A stretch of 64,000 bases of DNA from Rhizodiscina lignyota (Eukaryota). A program made the position numbers and the translations under genes. The stretch is from contig ML978123.1 in NCBI GenBank assembly GCA_010015805.1, positions 2,108,001 to 2,172,000 of the forward strand. Reading direction: 5' to 3'. Below are positions 49,568 to 61,108 of this stretch, one piece after another. The notes beneath the pieces are model-generated. The model ran no database searches. It was not told where the DNA came from and worked only from the letters and a program-made list of their open reading frames with translations. Position 1 is the first letter of the stretch; every line of letters begins with the position of its first letter.

Positions 49568-50997
49568 TCACCCTAGTGGCGGAAGAACTCGATATCGACT
49601 TTGCTCAGTTCGATCCAATCGAAGGCAGTTATGCGGGAACAAGTCTTGCCGAAGCAGAATCAAGTCTCGATAATGCCGGGGACTCAAAAAAGCAGGAGGA
49701 GCAAGCGCAGAACAGCATGTCTCCTCAGCCAGATCACTCCACCTCGAGCGCCAGCAATGAATATCGTCAATCACACCCGTCTCCATGTTCAGTACGTACC
49801 ACCAGCCCCCGAAAAGTTGTCAGGTTTGAATCCGACCGGTGGGCTGGTGAGGAAGACAGTTATTCCTCTTTTCGTAGCACTCCCAGGTCGGAGGCAGTGC
49901 CCGGATCTTCTTCACACCCCACGGGAGATCATCCGGACAACGCTACGAGTCCGGGAGAGAGCTCTGGGACAAGACCGGAAACGCCCTGGATTATCGGTGT
50001 GACTCCGAAATCGGGAGAAAAGTTCTGGGGTCCTTGGATCGATGATGGTACGTTCACCATTGCCCCAGTGCTGAGTCCACACGTGAACGAGCAGGCAATC
50101 ATACCCATAAGACAGATAGATCGGCTGAAAGCCCCGAGCTCCGAAACTCTCATGAATCAATTGCGGATCGCCAGTACGATCTTGGAGGCACAGACGGAAA
50201 ACCAGAAAAGTATGTTCATGCGCCTGCCCCAAGAGATCCGAGACCAGATCCTGAAAGATGCAGTTACGGATGAACTTAGCAGCGATGCAGAATCATCGAC
50301 AACCTCGAGGAGTCTGCTTCTGGCATCTCGCGGACTGTTTGGAAATACCACTCGGGTATTGCTGGAGGAGCGAGAGTTCGCATTCAACGTCAGAAGTCAT
50401 TGGTTGACCATCCGATTCGCTTGCAACGACAACACGAACAGAGTGTCCTACGACGAGCTCGTTGATTCGTATAACCTTGATGAGCATCTGAATCCCCTCG
50501 AGGAAACTGGAGAGCCATTTCTCATCCGCAAGTTGAAGCTTGCAGAGACCCGAAAGCCACCCTTTGACATGATTCGCCATGTCAAGTTAATTTTTGGTGG
50601 GAGATTCTCATTGTACAGCCCAGCAATGACTAGCCAGTGCTATAGCATGCGCCTAGATCCATTCTTCGGGCTTGTTATTCTTGCGTCGATGGAGATGAGG
50701 AGCCTGCGTAACATTCGGCTGCACTTTATCCAGCCACATCCGGACCACCCGACTCCAGCTTCTCTGCGCATGTGGATGGCTGCCAGGATCGAGGAGACCG
50801 CAACGTTGATGCTGCAAGGTATCGACTGCACACAATTTGGGATCAAGATCACTGCGACAGAATCCGACAATGAGATACCATTTTTTGAACGGGAATATCA
50901 TGAGCAACCGGAAGATGTGGATGTTGTGGTGCCGGCTGAGGAACATACTCTCCCTGATGGTACTTACTGGGAGTATAGAGACAGAATTGAAGACTAA
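49561..50997 (+). CDS. Hypothetical protein with fungal F-box-like motif; start uncertain (frame open from 49237)
   Basis: Long intronless ORF with an S/P-rich disordered N-half, then QKSMFMRLPQEIRDQILKDAV..SLLLASR, an LPxEIRxxI F-box-like motif. Confidence 0.6.
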   Translation: MPVTLVAEELDIDFAQFDPIEGSYAGTSLAEAESSLDNAGDSKKQEEQAQNSMSPQPDHSTSSASNEYRQSHPSPCSVRTTSPRKVVRFESDRWAGEEDSYSSFRSTPRSEAVPGSSSHPTGDHPDNATSPGESSGTRPETPWIIGVTPKSGEKFWGPWIDDGTFTIAPVLSPHVNEQAIIPIRQIDRLKAPSSETLMNQLRIASTILEAQTENQKSMFMRLPQEIRDQILKDAVTDELSSDAESSTTSRSLLLASRGLFGNTTRVLLEEREFAFNVRSHWLTIRFACNDNTNRVSYDELVDSYNLDEHLNPLEETGEPFLIRKLKLAETRKPPFDMIRHVKLIFGGRFSLYSPAMTSQCYSMRLDPFFGLVILASMEMRSLRNIRLHFIQPHPDHPTPASLRMWMAARIEETATLMLQGIDCTQFGIKITATESDNEIPFFEREYHEQPEDVDVVVPAEEHTLPDGTYWEYRDRIED

Positions 50998-52421
50998 AGG
51001 GTTAGAAACTGGGCGGCAGTATTTGATGTGGGTGGGAATTAACTTATTCATTTGGATTTTTAACCAAGGCGTTGAGGAAGAGAGAAATAAATATTTCGAT
51101 TTAAACTGTGCCCTACTTTTGGCCTTGAATTTGTGACCTCATTTATTACTGATTTAGATGATGTAGTTGATATCCAAACCAGGGCAAGATATCGAGCTCA
51201 TACTATCAGTTCCGCCGCCGCATATTGAGTACGGGGAAAGGGGAGTCACATCGGTGATAAATTCTTAAAGCCGACACACGCATGAAGAGTAACCCGATCT
51301 GACTCCATCTTCAACTTCCACGTCCAACATCAACCTTCATGCTCATATCAAGCAAGTCTCTTTCTCTCGCTATGCTCTTTCTACCGCTGCATTGTAGGTT
51401 GATCTCGATTAGAAGCCTCTTATCCTCACATTCCAGTAACTCTGACTATACAAAGTGGTACATACACTCTTTCTGTGAATATGTGTTCTGTCGATGAAGC
51501 TCGAACCACTCCCTTGACTCAATCATACCCATTGCTATCGGCAAACTGTTTCTGGTGTGATTTCCTTCGCAAAGGAATGTTCTCGCGGAGTCTGCTCTTG
51601 TCACAGAATCACTCGCGAAATACACCCTCCGTCGTCGTACAACATGCTCCTTCTCAGCTCGCCTGTAAGAATGCTCCGCGTCAAGTTACCGTTAGTAACC
51701 GATGATACACGCACTAAATTGTAATCAAGGAGTGTCACTGTTGTCCAGCAGAAGGTAAATTGACCAGGGGAGGCTTATCGACTAGAATCCAATAGATCGA
51801 TACCGAAGCGCTAGCGAACTCTTGTTTGCTCTTCAGCATCACCACCATGATGCACATGCACACGTTGGCACTTCCGATTGCCGACAACAACCGATTTGCC
51901 ATCGAAGTGCCGAGATCGGCTGGTAGATTGAAAGAACAGGTAACATGGAGAGTGTCTCGTGCTCTATTTCCGACAGACGTGTTGCGTACACGTATAAAAC
52001 TCACTGTCGGCGTGTAATTGACGGCTTCCATTCGCTCCAGCGCATATCAGAGCATGCACCGTGAAGAAACAGTGCTTGGCATGACCTGGAAGGGTCGAGC
52101 GGAAGAACGTCATGCGAGCATCTTAGCGAAGCCTTGTTTGTCAATTGTACGACCTTCATGAGCGCTAAAGCTATTCACATGGTTCCAGTTTCGTGCTCAG
52201 GGCTTTCAATACTGCTGTGGATTGAGCATATAAGCTTCCTCATTTCCTCCTACCGCACTTCTCTCCCTCCAAGCACTCCAGCCACTTGCTTTCTTAGACA
52301 CATCCTGTCGATCTCAGCCTAACACGCTACAATACATATAACACCCAATCTCTCTTATCATTGTTAAGAAGGCACTCTTGACATTCTGACCCAATATATT
52401 CTCCATAATCAAGACGCCAGG

Positions 52422-53729
52422 ATGTGTCGAGAACTTATGTCAAGTTTCCAGGACTGCGGCCACGAGATGCACTCTGCATACTTGGAGTGTCACAAATTTG
52501 ACATATCCGGGCATCGCTGCGATCCACTGGATGAACCTGACGTTAACGAATTCGATGGAAAGTGTACTGATTGTAAAATGGAGGATGATGCTGAGCACAA
52601 AAGGGAAATGGAAAGGGTGATGAACGAGTCGCTCAAGGTCCACCAGGAACACCAGGCTCAGCCGCAGCAATCAGAAGAAGAGTATGAGGAGATGCTTCGG
52701 AAAGCACTGTACAACTCGCAGGAAGAGAACAGACCTCCGCCAGCGGTAGAGCGACTGGCAGAGGAGATGAGGAGAGCAATGAAAGAGTCCCTCATAGCCG
52801 AACAGCAGCGGCCCAAAAAGTTGTACTTCAAGCAAGCATTCAAGTACCTCGGATGCCAATGTGAGAAGATCGTTGGTACTATGGACCTCGAGCGAAATCC
52901 CGATGATCCAGAAACGATCGTCGAGGAAGTGGGCGGGAGGTGCCCAGACCACCAAGGCGAGGGCAGCGGTTCCTCACGCCCACCAATCCAGATCTCTGGA
53001 GGATCTTTTGGTACTTCTCCAATACAACCCACCGCTGAGCGACCTGTTCTGGCTCCATACCAGAACGAGTGGGAAGACCCAGTACCGGCATACGACGACC
53101 TCGATGTACTTGGGAAAGGCAAAGCACCGGCAGTCCCACAACATCCGCTGCACCCATCGAGTTCAGTGATAGCTCCTCAAGTATCTGTAGGGGCAGATAG
53201 ACAACTCAGTGCGCCCCAGGGAGGCCCAGATGTCGCGCCGGGAGCGACCCAAGGACGACCCTCCATTCACCCCCCAATCTCTCCTTCCCGTGAGGAGGAG
53301 GAGCATGAAAAGGCCCACGACAGTGGAGAGGGACCAGAAGATGAGGACTACGACAGCGACGAGTCCTTTGACCGACGGTCCGCGACATCGACAGAAGCGA
53401 ACGTGGATGGTCACCCAATTGCGCCGCCATCACATCGCCAGCAAGGCCCTCAGGATACACCTCGCACCAGTGCACATGATTTGGCTCCTGCTGCAGCTTC
53501 TCGAACGCGAGAAGAGCAGAAGGATCTCTATGGAAGCGAGGGCGAAGACAGCGATCCGGAGACAGAAGCACGGCGGCCGGTTACTGTGAGTACGGCCAGC
53601 TTCATCAGAAAGGGAGGTGTTAATAGGCCACAGTATATGGGCGCTGGTCTAGATGACCTTGGTGAGGAAGAAGAGGAGAACGACGACGATGACGGGGCTC
53701 CCGGGCCAAGTCGTCGTGGACAGCACTGA
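52422..53729 (+). CDS. Hypothetical protein: N-terminal Cys/His cluster, UIM-like repeats, disordered acidic/Pro-rich C-terminus
   Basis: 435-aa intronless ORF: MC..CGH..C..C..CxxC, EEEYEEMLRKALYNSQEE and AEEMRRAMKESL. Confidence 0.7.
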   Translation: MCRELMSSFQDCGHEMHSAYLECHKFDISGHRCDPLDEPDVNEFDGKCTDCKMEDDAEHKREMERVMNESLKVHQEHQAQPQQSEEEYEEMLRKALYNSQEENRPPPAVERLAEEMRRAMKESLIAEQQRPKKLYFKQAFKYLGCQCEKIVGTMDLERNPDDPETIVEEVGGRCPDHQGEGSGSSRPPIQISGGSFGTSPIQPTAERPVLAPYQNEWEDPVPAYDDLDVLGKGKAPAVPQHPLHPSSSVIAPQVSVGADRQLSAPQGGPDVAPGATQGRPSIHPPISPSREEEEHEKAHDSGEGPEDEDYDSDESFDRRSATSTEANVDGHPIAPPSHRQQGPQDTPRTSAHDLAPAAASRTREEQKDLYGSEGEDSDPETEARRPVTVSTASFIRKGGVNRPQYMGAGLDDLGEEEEENDDDDGAPGPSRRGQH

Positions 53730-55627
53730 AATGGAGATTTTGGACATAATACATAATGATGTACATATGCTTTCCTTTTCTAACTTGCGAGTGAGAGGCG
53801 TAAGGCGCCGTCCCATGGTCGGCACTTCAATGGTGACGAGGGATCGTGTGGCTGCAACTGGAGTTTCTTTAAGTTTGGAGTATTTTGATTAGCACAGACT
53901 AGCTTGGTCATTCTCCTATGCTGCTTATGATCTACCTATTCATATGTTAAAAGTTTATTATGGCCATTTTTAGATCATCTTTGAAAGGTGCATAAATGCG
54001 CGTCTGAGATACTCGGTTATCTGAGCATGGGCTTAATGACTATTCCGAATTCCTACTTTGCTGGAATGCGGAAAGATCCGGCTGTAGTATAAGTAAAGTT
54101 AGATTTAAGATTTCATCTATGGCCTGCAGTATGACCTGAGAGTGAGTTGCGTGTGTAGCCACCAACACGAAGTTCGAGGCTTCTCCAACTTGCTAAGTCC
54201 CATTCACCAACGTCGCCCAACGAATCAAAACACATTCTCCTCTAGCAAATGTATTTCCTTATTCCTTCTACCGAGTGCCTCCTCATGAACGCTAGTTTGC
54301 CTCTGGGACCAACTCACTGCATACAGGATCGATGTGGCGTGAATGCGAGCACGCCTCGGCGAAGAATTTTAACGGACGCACGACTTGCTAGGATAAAGTC
54401 CCACGGCACCATTAAGACGGTAGCATTTGCGTCAACAGCATTGCAGAATGCATCCACTTACCGATAGTGCTGCATTACAGTTATGCTCGTAAAGGCAACA
54501 CTATCTCCGGAATGGTCGACTGCTCGCGAATAGCCGTCTATTTTGGGCCTGAACAATGTGCTCCGCCACGCTCCAGCTGCAAGCACGCGCGACACACGTC
54601 CCAGCAACTAGGATGCTCGCCTGAGAGATGTCTAGCGAAAAATGCAGGCAATACTCTGTACGGCCTTGCTCGAGAAGGATGCAGGGTACGACAGGTTGGA
54701 ACAACGGCGTCTCTACCTACGTCACGCTGGTCGATCCATTTGCACGCCATACTGTCCGAAGACTTACAACCTGGTTGCTTTTGCACATGGGTGAAACACG
54801 CGCCCAAGGGCTAGACTAAGGGACCCTGCACGATGGTTAGTAACGGAGGACTGGTGCAGGTGCGTCGCTGCTCAGAATGGCAGTTTAAAGCGTGCGTTGG
54901 CTCGCATCTAATGATACGATCAGCTCTCCCACAAGCTGAAGAAGAAGAAGAAACCTGCTACACTGCTGTCGCGCGTCTGACGAAGGAGTTCGCAGCCGTC
55001 GGGTAAAAAGCTGATATCACGCACTTTTTGTTTCTGGCACTTTTGGCGGTACACTCCTGCTTCATATCCACCTCCCGGCGGTCCGTCTGACGATTCTGCC
55101 GACCACACGAGCAGCCAATACACACGTACACTGCAGCGTGGCGCAGCGGCCAAAACACTACGGCACGCACCACCCTCGAGGACCCCCTCGCCGCGCTAAA
55201 ACCCTTCCGCCTGGGGGCTTGGACTTGAGACGCCTTCGATTTTACCCATCCATTCTCCACTACAACATTCTTCACATCTAACAGCTTTTTGCACTTTCTC
55301 TCGCTTTTTGCTTCCTTTGCGCTACTTGTCTATCGTTATTGGGTCCTTCGTTCCATAAACCCCTCTCCACCTGTTACACCCTCCGCAACCTTCATTACGA
55401 CGTTTATTTGCCCTTTGGCGCTTCTTCCGACGACAACAGAGGTTGATCCTAAGCTGTCCGACTGTTATTTCCTTAGGAATTCGAAGCTACCATAGTCTCC
55501 TACGGTTTATCAGCAATCTACGTATCTACAAACTAAAAGCAACCTCGACTGAGCATTTCCTACCTCCTGGTTTGATTCCGCCACCGACCCCGAACTTCCC
55601 TTCAGCACCCACCGCACAATCTTCACG

Positions 55628-57856
55628 ATGATTTTCAAGCGGCGCGGATTCAATATGCTTTCCTTGCTCCTCCTCAGCCTCCTCCCAGCAGCAGTATCTG
55701 CAGACCAAGTCCTCAAGACCGACGGTTTCGCCAGCTGCGCAAACAGCTCCGCCATACAAGTCCAAAAGATGAACATTCAGTACAACAAAGCCTCCAACAA
55801 GGTCACTTTTGATGTGGCGGGCACGAGCGAAAAGGAACAGAAGGTCAGGGCATCTTTGATCGTGACGGCGTACGGCAAACAAGTATACGAGAACGACTTC
55901 AATCCTTGCGACGAGCACATCAGCCAGCTGTGTCCTCTCCCGAAAGGCAACTTTGAAGCGCAAGGAGAGCAGAGCATTCCAGCTGAATTTGTTTCCAAAA
56001 TTCCCTCGATCGCTTTTTCGATTCCCAACCTTGACGGCATGGCAAGACTGGAGCTGAGATCTGTGGACGACAATTCCACTGTTGCGTGCATTGAGTCTAC
56101 TGTCGACAATGGAAAGACACTCCAAATACCAGCAATCTCTTACGTAGCTGCGGGTATCGCAGGTGCGGCACTGTTGCTCTCCGGTTTGTCAGCTCTGAGC
56201 GCAGCTGGTGAGCCAGGAACGCCAATTCCAAGCCCGAGCTTTGGCGATGTCGTCGGTTGGTTCCAGAATATTGCGATGAACGGAATGCTCAGCGTCCAGT
56301 ATCCGAAAGTCTACCAGAGCTTCTCGCAGAACTTTGCGTTCTCTGGTCTTCTGATTAATTGGGATTCGATGCAGACCACGATCGACAACTTCCGCTCACA
56401 TACCGGTGGCAATCTGACTGATGATTCGGTTCCATACCTGCATAATGCCACTCTAGTCTCTCAAGGCAGCGATGGCGGCCTCTCGAAACGTGCGTTGGAC
56501 ACACTCTTCCTCATAGCCCGGGACACGATATCTGGCGGCGGCATAAGCGCAAGCAACGGCACAGATGCCAACCAGTCCGGCGGTGGCGATAGCAAGATCA
56601 TACATTTTGTCCACGGCATCCAGGCATACGTTGAGCAACTCACGATCCCTCAATCGAACACCTTTATGACCGTGTTGTTGATCTTCTCTATTGTTATCGC
56701 TGCTATCATCGTTGGTATTTTGCTCTTCAAGGTCATTCTTGAGACGTGGAGTCTATTCGGAACATTCCCCAATCGTTTGACCGGTTTCCGCAAACATTAC
56801 TGGTGGCTCATGGCTAAGACGATAACAAACTTGATCCTCCTCCTGTACGGCGTCTGGACATTGTATTGTGTCTACCAGTTCACGAACGGTGATTCATGGG
56901 CCGCCAAGGTTCTGGCCGGCGTTACTCTCGGCATATTCACCCTCGTTCTTTTCTTCTTCACTTTCAGGATCTGGCAAGGAGCGCACAGATTTAAGAAGCT
57001 CGAGGGTAATACATCTGCAATGTATGAGGACAAGGAGTTTTGGCGCAAGTACAGTCTCTTTTATGAGAACTACAAGAAGAGCTACTGGTGGCTGTTTGTC
57101 CCTGCGATCATCTATATGTTCGCAAAGGGCTGCGTCATTGCCGGAGGCGATGGACATGGCTTGGTCCAGACCGCTGGCCAGCTGGTTATCGAATCCGTCA
57201 TGCTCATCTTACTTCTTTGGACAAGGCCATTCTCCCTCAAGTCCAGCAACTGGATCAACTGTATCATCCAGGTGGTGAGAGTGTTGTCAGTTGTATGCAT
57301 TTTGGTCTTCGTGGAAGAGCTCGGCATCTCGCAAACCACAAAGACGATCACAGGCGTTGTCTTGATCGTCACCCAAAGCGTGCTCACCGGCCTTCTGGCA
57401 ATCCTTCTCGTGGTCAATTCTATCGTCGTCTGCTGCAAAGAGAACCCGCATCGTCGTAGGAGAAAGGAAGCTGGTTCGTATTCCATTCCCTCCCGTGATG
57501 ATAGAGAAGATCAAACTAACATTATCACCTCAGAAAAATATAACCGTGACCTCGACAACCTCACACCTTTGGACGCGCGAAATTCTCTGCTCCTCAACCC
57601 AACTGAATACAAGGGAGCGACTCCTAGCCCGATGACCAAGAGAGCTTCACTTGTGTCTCCCAACCCTCTCGGCCTTGGTCCACGTGGCTATGACCGAGTA
57701 CCAAACCCAGACGGTTCTCGAGACCTCCTACTCGGCGACGCGGCTAGTATGGGCGCAAAATCGCACACGAGAGAAAGGAGCGCAAGCCCCGATCTAGGCG
57801 ACAGGATACCGACCCTTCCAGACGTAGAATCCGGAGGTTACCAAAGGAGATACTGA
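55628..57856 (+). CDS. FLC-family (TRP-like, ML-like domain) ER membrane channel / flavin carrier; probable intron 57474-57533
   Basis: Signal peptide, ML-like domain (VTFDVAGTS..AYG..FNPC..LCP..IPSIAF.IPNLDG..ACI), GWFQ.IAMNGMLSVQYP..Y.SF..NFAFS and many TM helices. Confidence 0.92.
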   Translation: MIFKRRGFNMLSLLLLSLLPAAVSADQVLKTDGFASCANSSAIQVQKMNIQYNKASNKVTFDVAGTSEKEQKVRASLIVTAYGKQVYENDFNPCDEHISQLCPLPKGNFEAQGEQSIPAEFVSKIPSIAFSIPNLDGMARLELRSVDDNSTVACIESTVDNGKTLQIPAISYVAAGIAGAALLLSGLSALSAAGEPGTPIPSPSFGDVVGWFQNIAMNGMLSVQYPKVYQSFSQNFAFSGLLINWDSMQTTIDNFRSHTGGNLTDDSVPYLHNATLVSQGSDGGLSKRALDTLFLIARDTISGGGISASNGTDANQSGGGDSKIIHFVHGIQAYVEQLTIPQSNTFMTVLLIFSIVIAAIIVGILLFKVILETWSLFGTFPNRLTGFRKHYWWLMAKTITNLILLLYGVWTLYCVYQFTNGDSWAAKVLAGVTLGIFTLVLFFFTFRIWQGAHRFKKLEGNTSAMYEDKEFWRKYSLFYENYKKSYWWLFVPAIIYMFAKGCVIAGGDGHGLVQTAGQLVIESVMLILLLWTRPFSLKSSNWINCIIQVVRVLSVVCILVFVEELGISQTTKTITGVVLIVTQSVLTGLLAILLVVNSIVVCCKENPHRRRRKEAGSYSIPSRDDREDQTNIITSEKYNRDLDNLTPLDARNSLLLNPTEYKGATPSPMTKRASLVSPNPLGLGPRGYDRVPNPDGSRDLLLGDAASMGAKSHTRERSASPDLGDRIPTLPDVESGGYQRRY

Positions 57857-58762
57857 TATGCTGACGGGCACACCACTTCTCTTCACTGTAAATACGTTGA
57901 CTGATAACCTTTTCTATTGTTCCACATGAATCTTCTGCATTAGCGCGTCGTTTGGGGGGTCCATGGAGTCGATACCATAGCCAATGCGGCACATCTGCGT
58001 CCATATGTTTGCTTCATTTTGTTACATGATATAGCCCATAGCGTTTCCTTAATACCATCACATGGAATCTACGATCCCTGCCAAATTTTCACAAACCCCC
58101 ATTTGTTGACTGAGTGTCGAACGCAGATGCGGTTTTAAAACACCCTTCTTCCGCGTGTTTGCTAATGTGTTAAGGATCTATTCGATTATATGCTGCAGCT
58201 CTTTGATAGCCTCGATACTTTGCCTGCAGCATATGGCCTATTCAGATTCGATAGAAAATTTCTGGAGCACATCGGTTGCTCGCGCATGCTATCAATCCTG
58301 AACTTTCCTTCTTCCATCTTTTTGCGAGCATGGCCTGATCATCTATGCAATTATGCTCTGGGCCTACTTCACAGCTTTGGGACTATGCCCTAGGTCAAGG
58401 GTCACAGAAGATGTGTCAAGAGCGTGTAACACCCACGGGTCGCGTGTGGAGAACGACCACCCCCGAATCTAGATAGGTAGTCGGTGCTGTATCTGACCCG
58501 TTTTTATTTATGCAGGAGATTCTGTGACCAGTGAATACTGGCTTCCCTGCTTTCGCCTCTCTGTAGAGGGGACGCTGTCCTGGGTTCGCTGAGATCTTCG
58601 ACAGTAGCAAACGTGCTGTTGGTGAGAGGAAACTCTCACCAGTTGCGCTATCACAAAGGTGAGGAGGGAAAAGTGTGTGTTTTCGGTTTATATATAAAAC
58701 TTGAGCTTGGTCGCTGCACATAGTCATCAAATACATAACAAACAATTCTAAATTACTGGGTA

Positions 58763-59674
58763 TCAAATCGTTGTCCATAAAGCCGTCACAAGCACCAGCA
58801 ACAGCCAGAAGCCAAAGGCACGCAAACCCGCCGCAGTGCCATTGGGGATATTCCCTGTGGCATTTCCACCAAGATACCAACTTCCGATATCCGTCAAGTC
58901 ACCGTCTTGGTCCAGCATCGCTGCATTTGGCCCGACATTTGAAGCACTGCTTCGGAACGACCCAAAGTACGAGTAATGCGTGATGTTTTCCATACGATCA
59001 AACCACCCAACACTCTGGTTGTAGAAGGTCTGTGAGTCGCTTAGGTTGGCGTTTGGGTCTGCGTATTCAGTCACCCATATTTCCTTTCCTGGATATGCGG
59101 CCCCAACCTGTCCAACGTAGCTCGCAAGGCCTTCGAAATCACCGTACCAGTGCACCGGGATAAAGTCTGTGGTACACTTGCCATTGCAGGCGGAGAAGAA
59201 GCTCTTGAGCCATTTTAAACCATCCGGAGAGCCTGTTACGGCGGGTGCGCCTAGTTGAACGCCGAGTTTGTGGAGAGGCTCGATCTGACTCTGCCATGTC
59301 GATGCGGCGTCGCCAGGAGATACGTTGCTTCCGCCAGTGTCTTTGCTGCCGTCGGGTTCATTGAATCCCAGGACATACTGGATCTTCGAACCCGACGTGA
59401 TTTGCGACTTGACGCTGTCAAGAAAGCTGTTGGCGCCATTATTGTCGGAGGTGCCCCAGAGCATGGGGACGAATTGAAGGGATGTGTTGGATAATGGCGG
59501 AGATGGCTCGGGGCCATAGTTGTAGTACCAAGTTAGGTCTGAGGATTTGGAGAGGAAGTCGTCGACGTCCGTGGGGTGGGAAGAGTCAGCGATGTATATG
59601 AGACCACGTTTAGAAGATCGTGAAGCAGATGCTAGTACAGCGTGAACAAGTGCTGAGAGTAATAGGAGAATCAT
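58763..59674 (-). CDS. GH128 (Asl1-like) beta-1,3-glucanase, probably GPI-anchored
   Basis: Signal peptide, SSKRGL, WYYNY, FVPMLWG, catalytic GFNEPD and IWVTEY, hydrophobic C-terminus. Confidence 0.92.
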   Translation of the reverse strand: MILLLLSALVHAVLASASRSSKRGLIYIADSSHPTDVDDFLSKSSDLTWYYNYGPEPSPPLSNTSLQFVPMLWGTSDNNGANSFLDSVKSQITSGSKIQYVLGFNEPDGSKDTGGSNVSPGDAASTWQSQIEPLHKLGVQLGAPAVTGSPDGLKWLKSFFSACNGKCTTDFIPVHWYGDFEGLASYVGQVGAAYPGKEIWVTEYADPNANLSDSQTFYNQSVGWFDRMENITHYSYFGSFRSSASNVGPNAAMLDQDGDLTDIGSWYLGGNATGNIPNGTAAGLRAFGFWLLLVLVTALWTTI

Positions 59675-60265
59675 CTTGAGGACACTTTGATTCCCAGATA
59701 TTGGTCATGAAGACTGAAATGTGAGATGAATGCTCTGCTGAGAAAGAGCGGCAACTTTGGCAATTTCAATCCAAAGACATGTCTCGCGAAACTGCTCAGC
59801 TCGCGGAGATCTTCACCGCGCGACCTTGGCCTTACTCTCTTCCAGAGACGTAACTTCTGGGCCCGGAAATTGAACAATCGTACCGATGGACGGATTGGGC
59901 AGTGGCAGAGATGTGATAGAACGCTTGTGACCCTGAATATGGCGCGTAACTTCGTTTACCTCCATAATCTTCGACCAACGACGTCGTTTCCTACGTCATC
60001 TTGTAGAGCATGCTCCGAAGCTGTGGGCATTTACGATCGCCAGCAAGGGTAGGACCAAGATTGAACCCATGGCGTCGTGGTGATCAATTTCCTCAGCCTC
60101 TTCAGCCACTTTCAGATAACGGCAGGAGCCGCACTCGGGCTGCTAAAGCCCGCTCGACGCCACAGCCGGCGTTTCAATGGCCGACGCCCGACTTTCGAAA
60201 TTTCCATTCAATTTCAGCTGACCAAAAGATTTCAATCAATGTTCACTTCTCCTTAGCCGATCGCT

Positions 60266-60809
60266 ATGTCCTCCAACAATTCAATCGTTGCCTCTGATGA
60301 GGAAATCAAGAGCCACATAGAGAACCAGGTGGCTACAAGAGTTGCCAAGTCTCCCATCTATGCATTTCTCTTTACGGATTGTCTTCGCATTACAGAGTGC
60401 AGTAAAGGCCTTGTGCGTGCAAGGATCACGCTAGAACACCGCCATATGAACTCGGGTGGAGGTATTAGAGTCTCACTGGATTTGAAACCGACTTTTGATG
60501 TCCAATTGCAAGTCGCTAATGTCTCTAATAGGCATCCATGGAAGTGTCTCTGCCACCATCGTTGATTGGGCAGGCGGCATGGCAATAGCATCATACGACT
60601 TGCGTGATAAGACTGGTCTCAGTGTTGACATACACGTGACATATCTCTCGACTGCAAAGGAGGGCGAGACGATAGAGATTGAAGGGAGAGCAGGCAGAGT
60701 TGGTGGTTCTTTGGCATTTACGAACATTAAGATCACCAAGGTCGTAGATGGAGAGCTTGGCCCGATTGTTGCGACTGGTACGCACACGAAATACGTTCAG
60801 AAGCGATGA
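60266..60809 (+). CDS. PaaI/ACOT13-type hotdog acyl-CoA thioesterase; intron 60462-60531
   Basis: Spliced HMNSGG|GIHGSVSATIVD, GLSVDIHVTYLSTA, GGSLAF, VATGTHTKY. Confidence 0.9.
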
Positions 60810-61108
60810 CAACGCCCCGAACCCGCGAAGGATTTGTAAGATGTCGCTCTTACGCAGCCATTCTCTCCAACTAGCGGTTTTCTTGCTGTCCAGTCACTTC
60901 TCTTTGATGAGTGTAAGCCATCCTCTTTGCGTCTGCATTAGGCATGATCTCATGTCCTTTGAGTGCTCGGACTCACTCTAGATGGCGAGAACAGACCAAT
61001 CCCGCTTTAGCTTTAGAAGCCTTCTTCAGCCCTCTCAGGCTATGAGACGTTGGCAATTTCGGTGGGAGACAAACTTTTGTCGTAATTAGACCAATCACAG
61101 ATCTTTTT

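Noticed and set aside
51867..51911. Imperfect hairpin GGCACTT..CGAT...ATCG-AAGTGCC in intergenic DNA
   Set aside because: Short interrupted stem with no ncRNA or transposon context.
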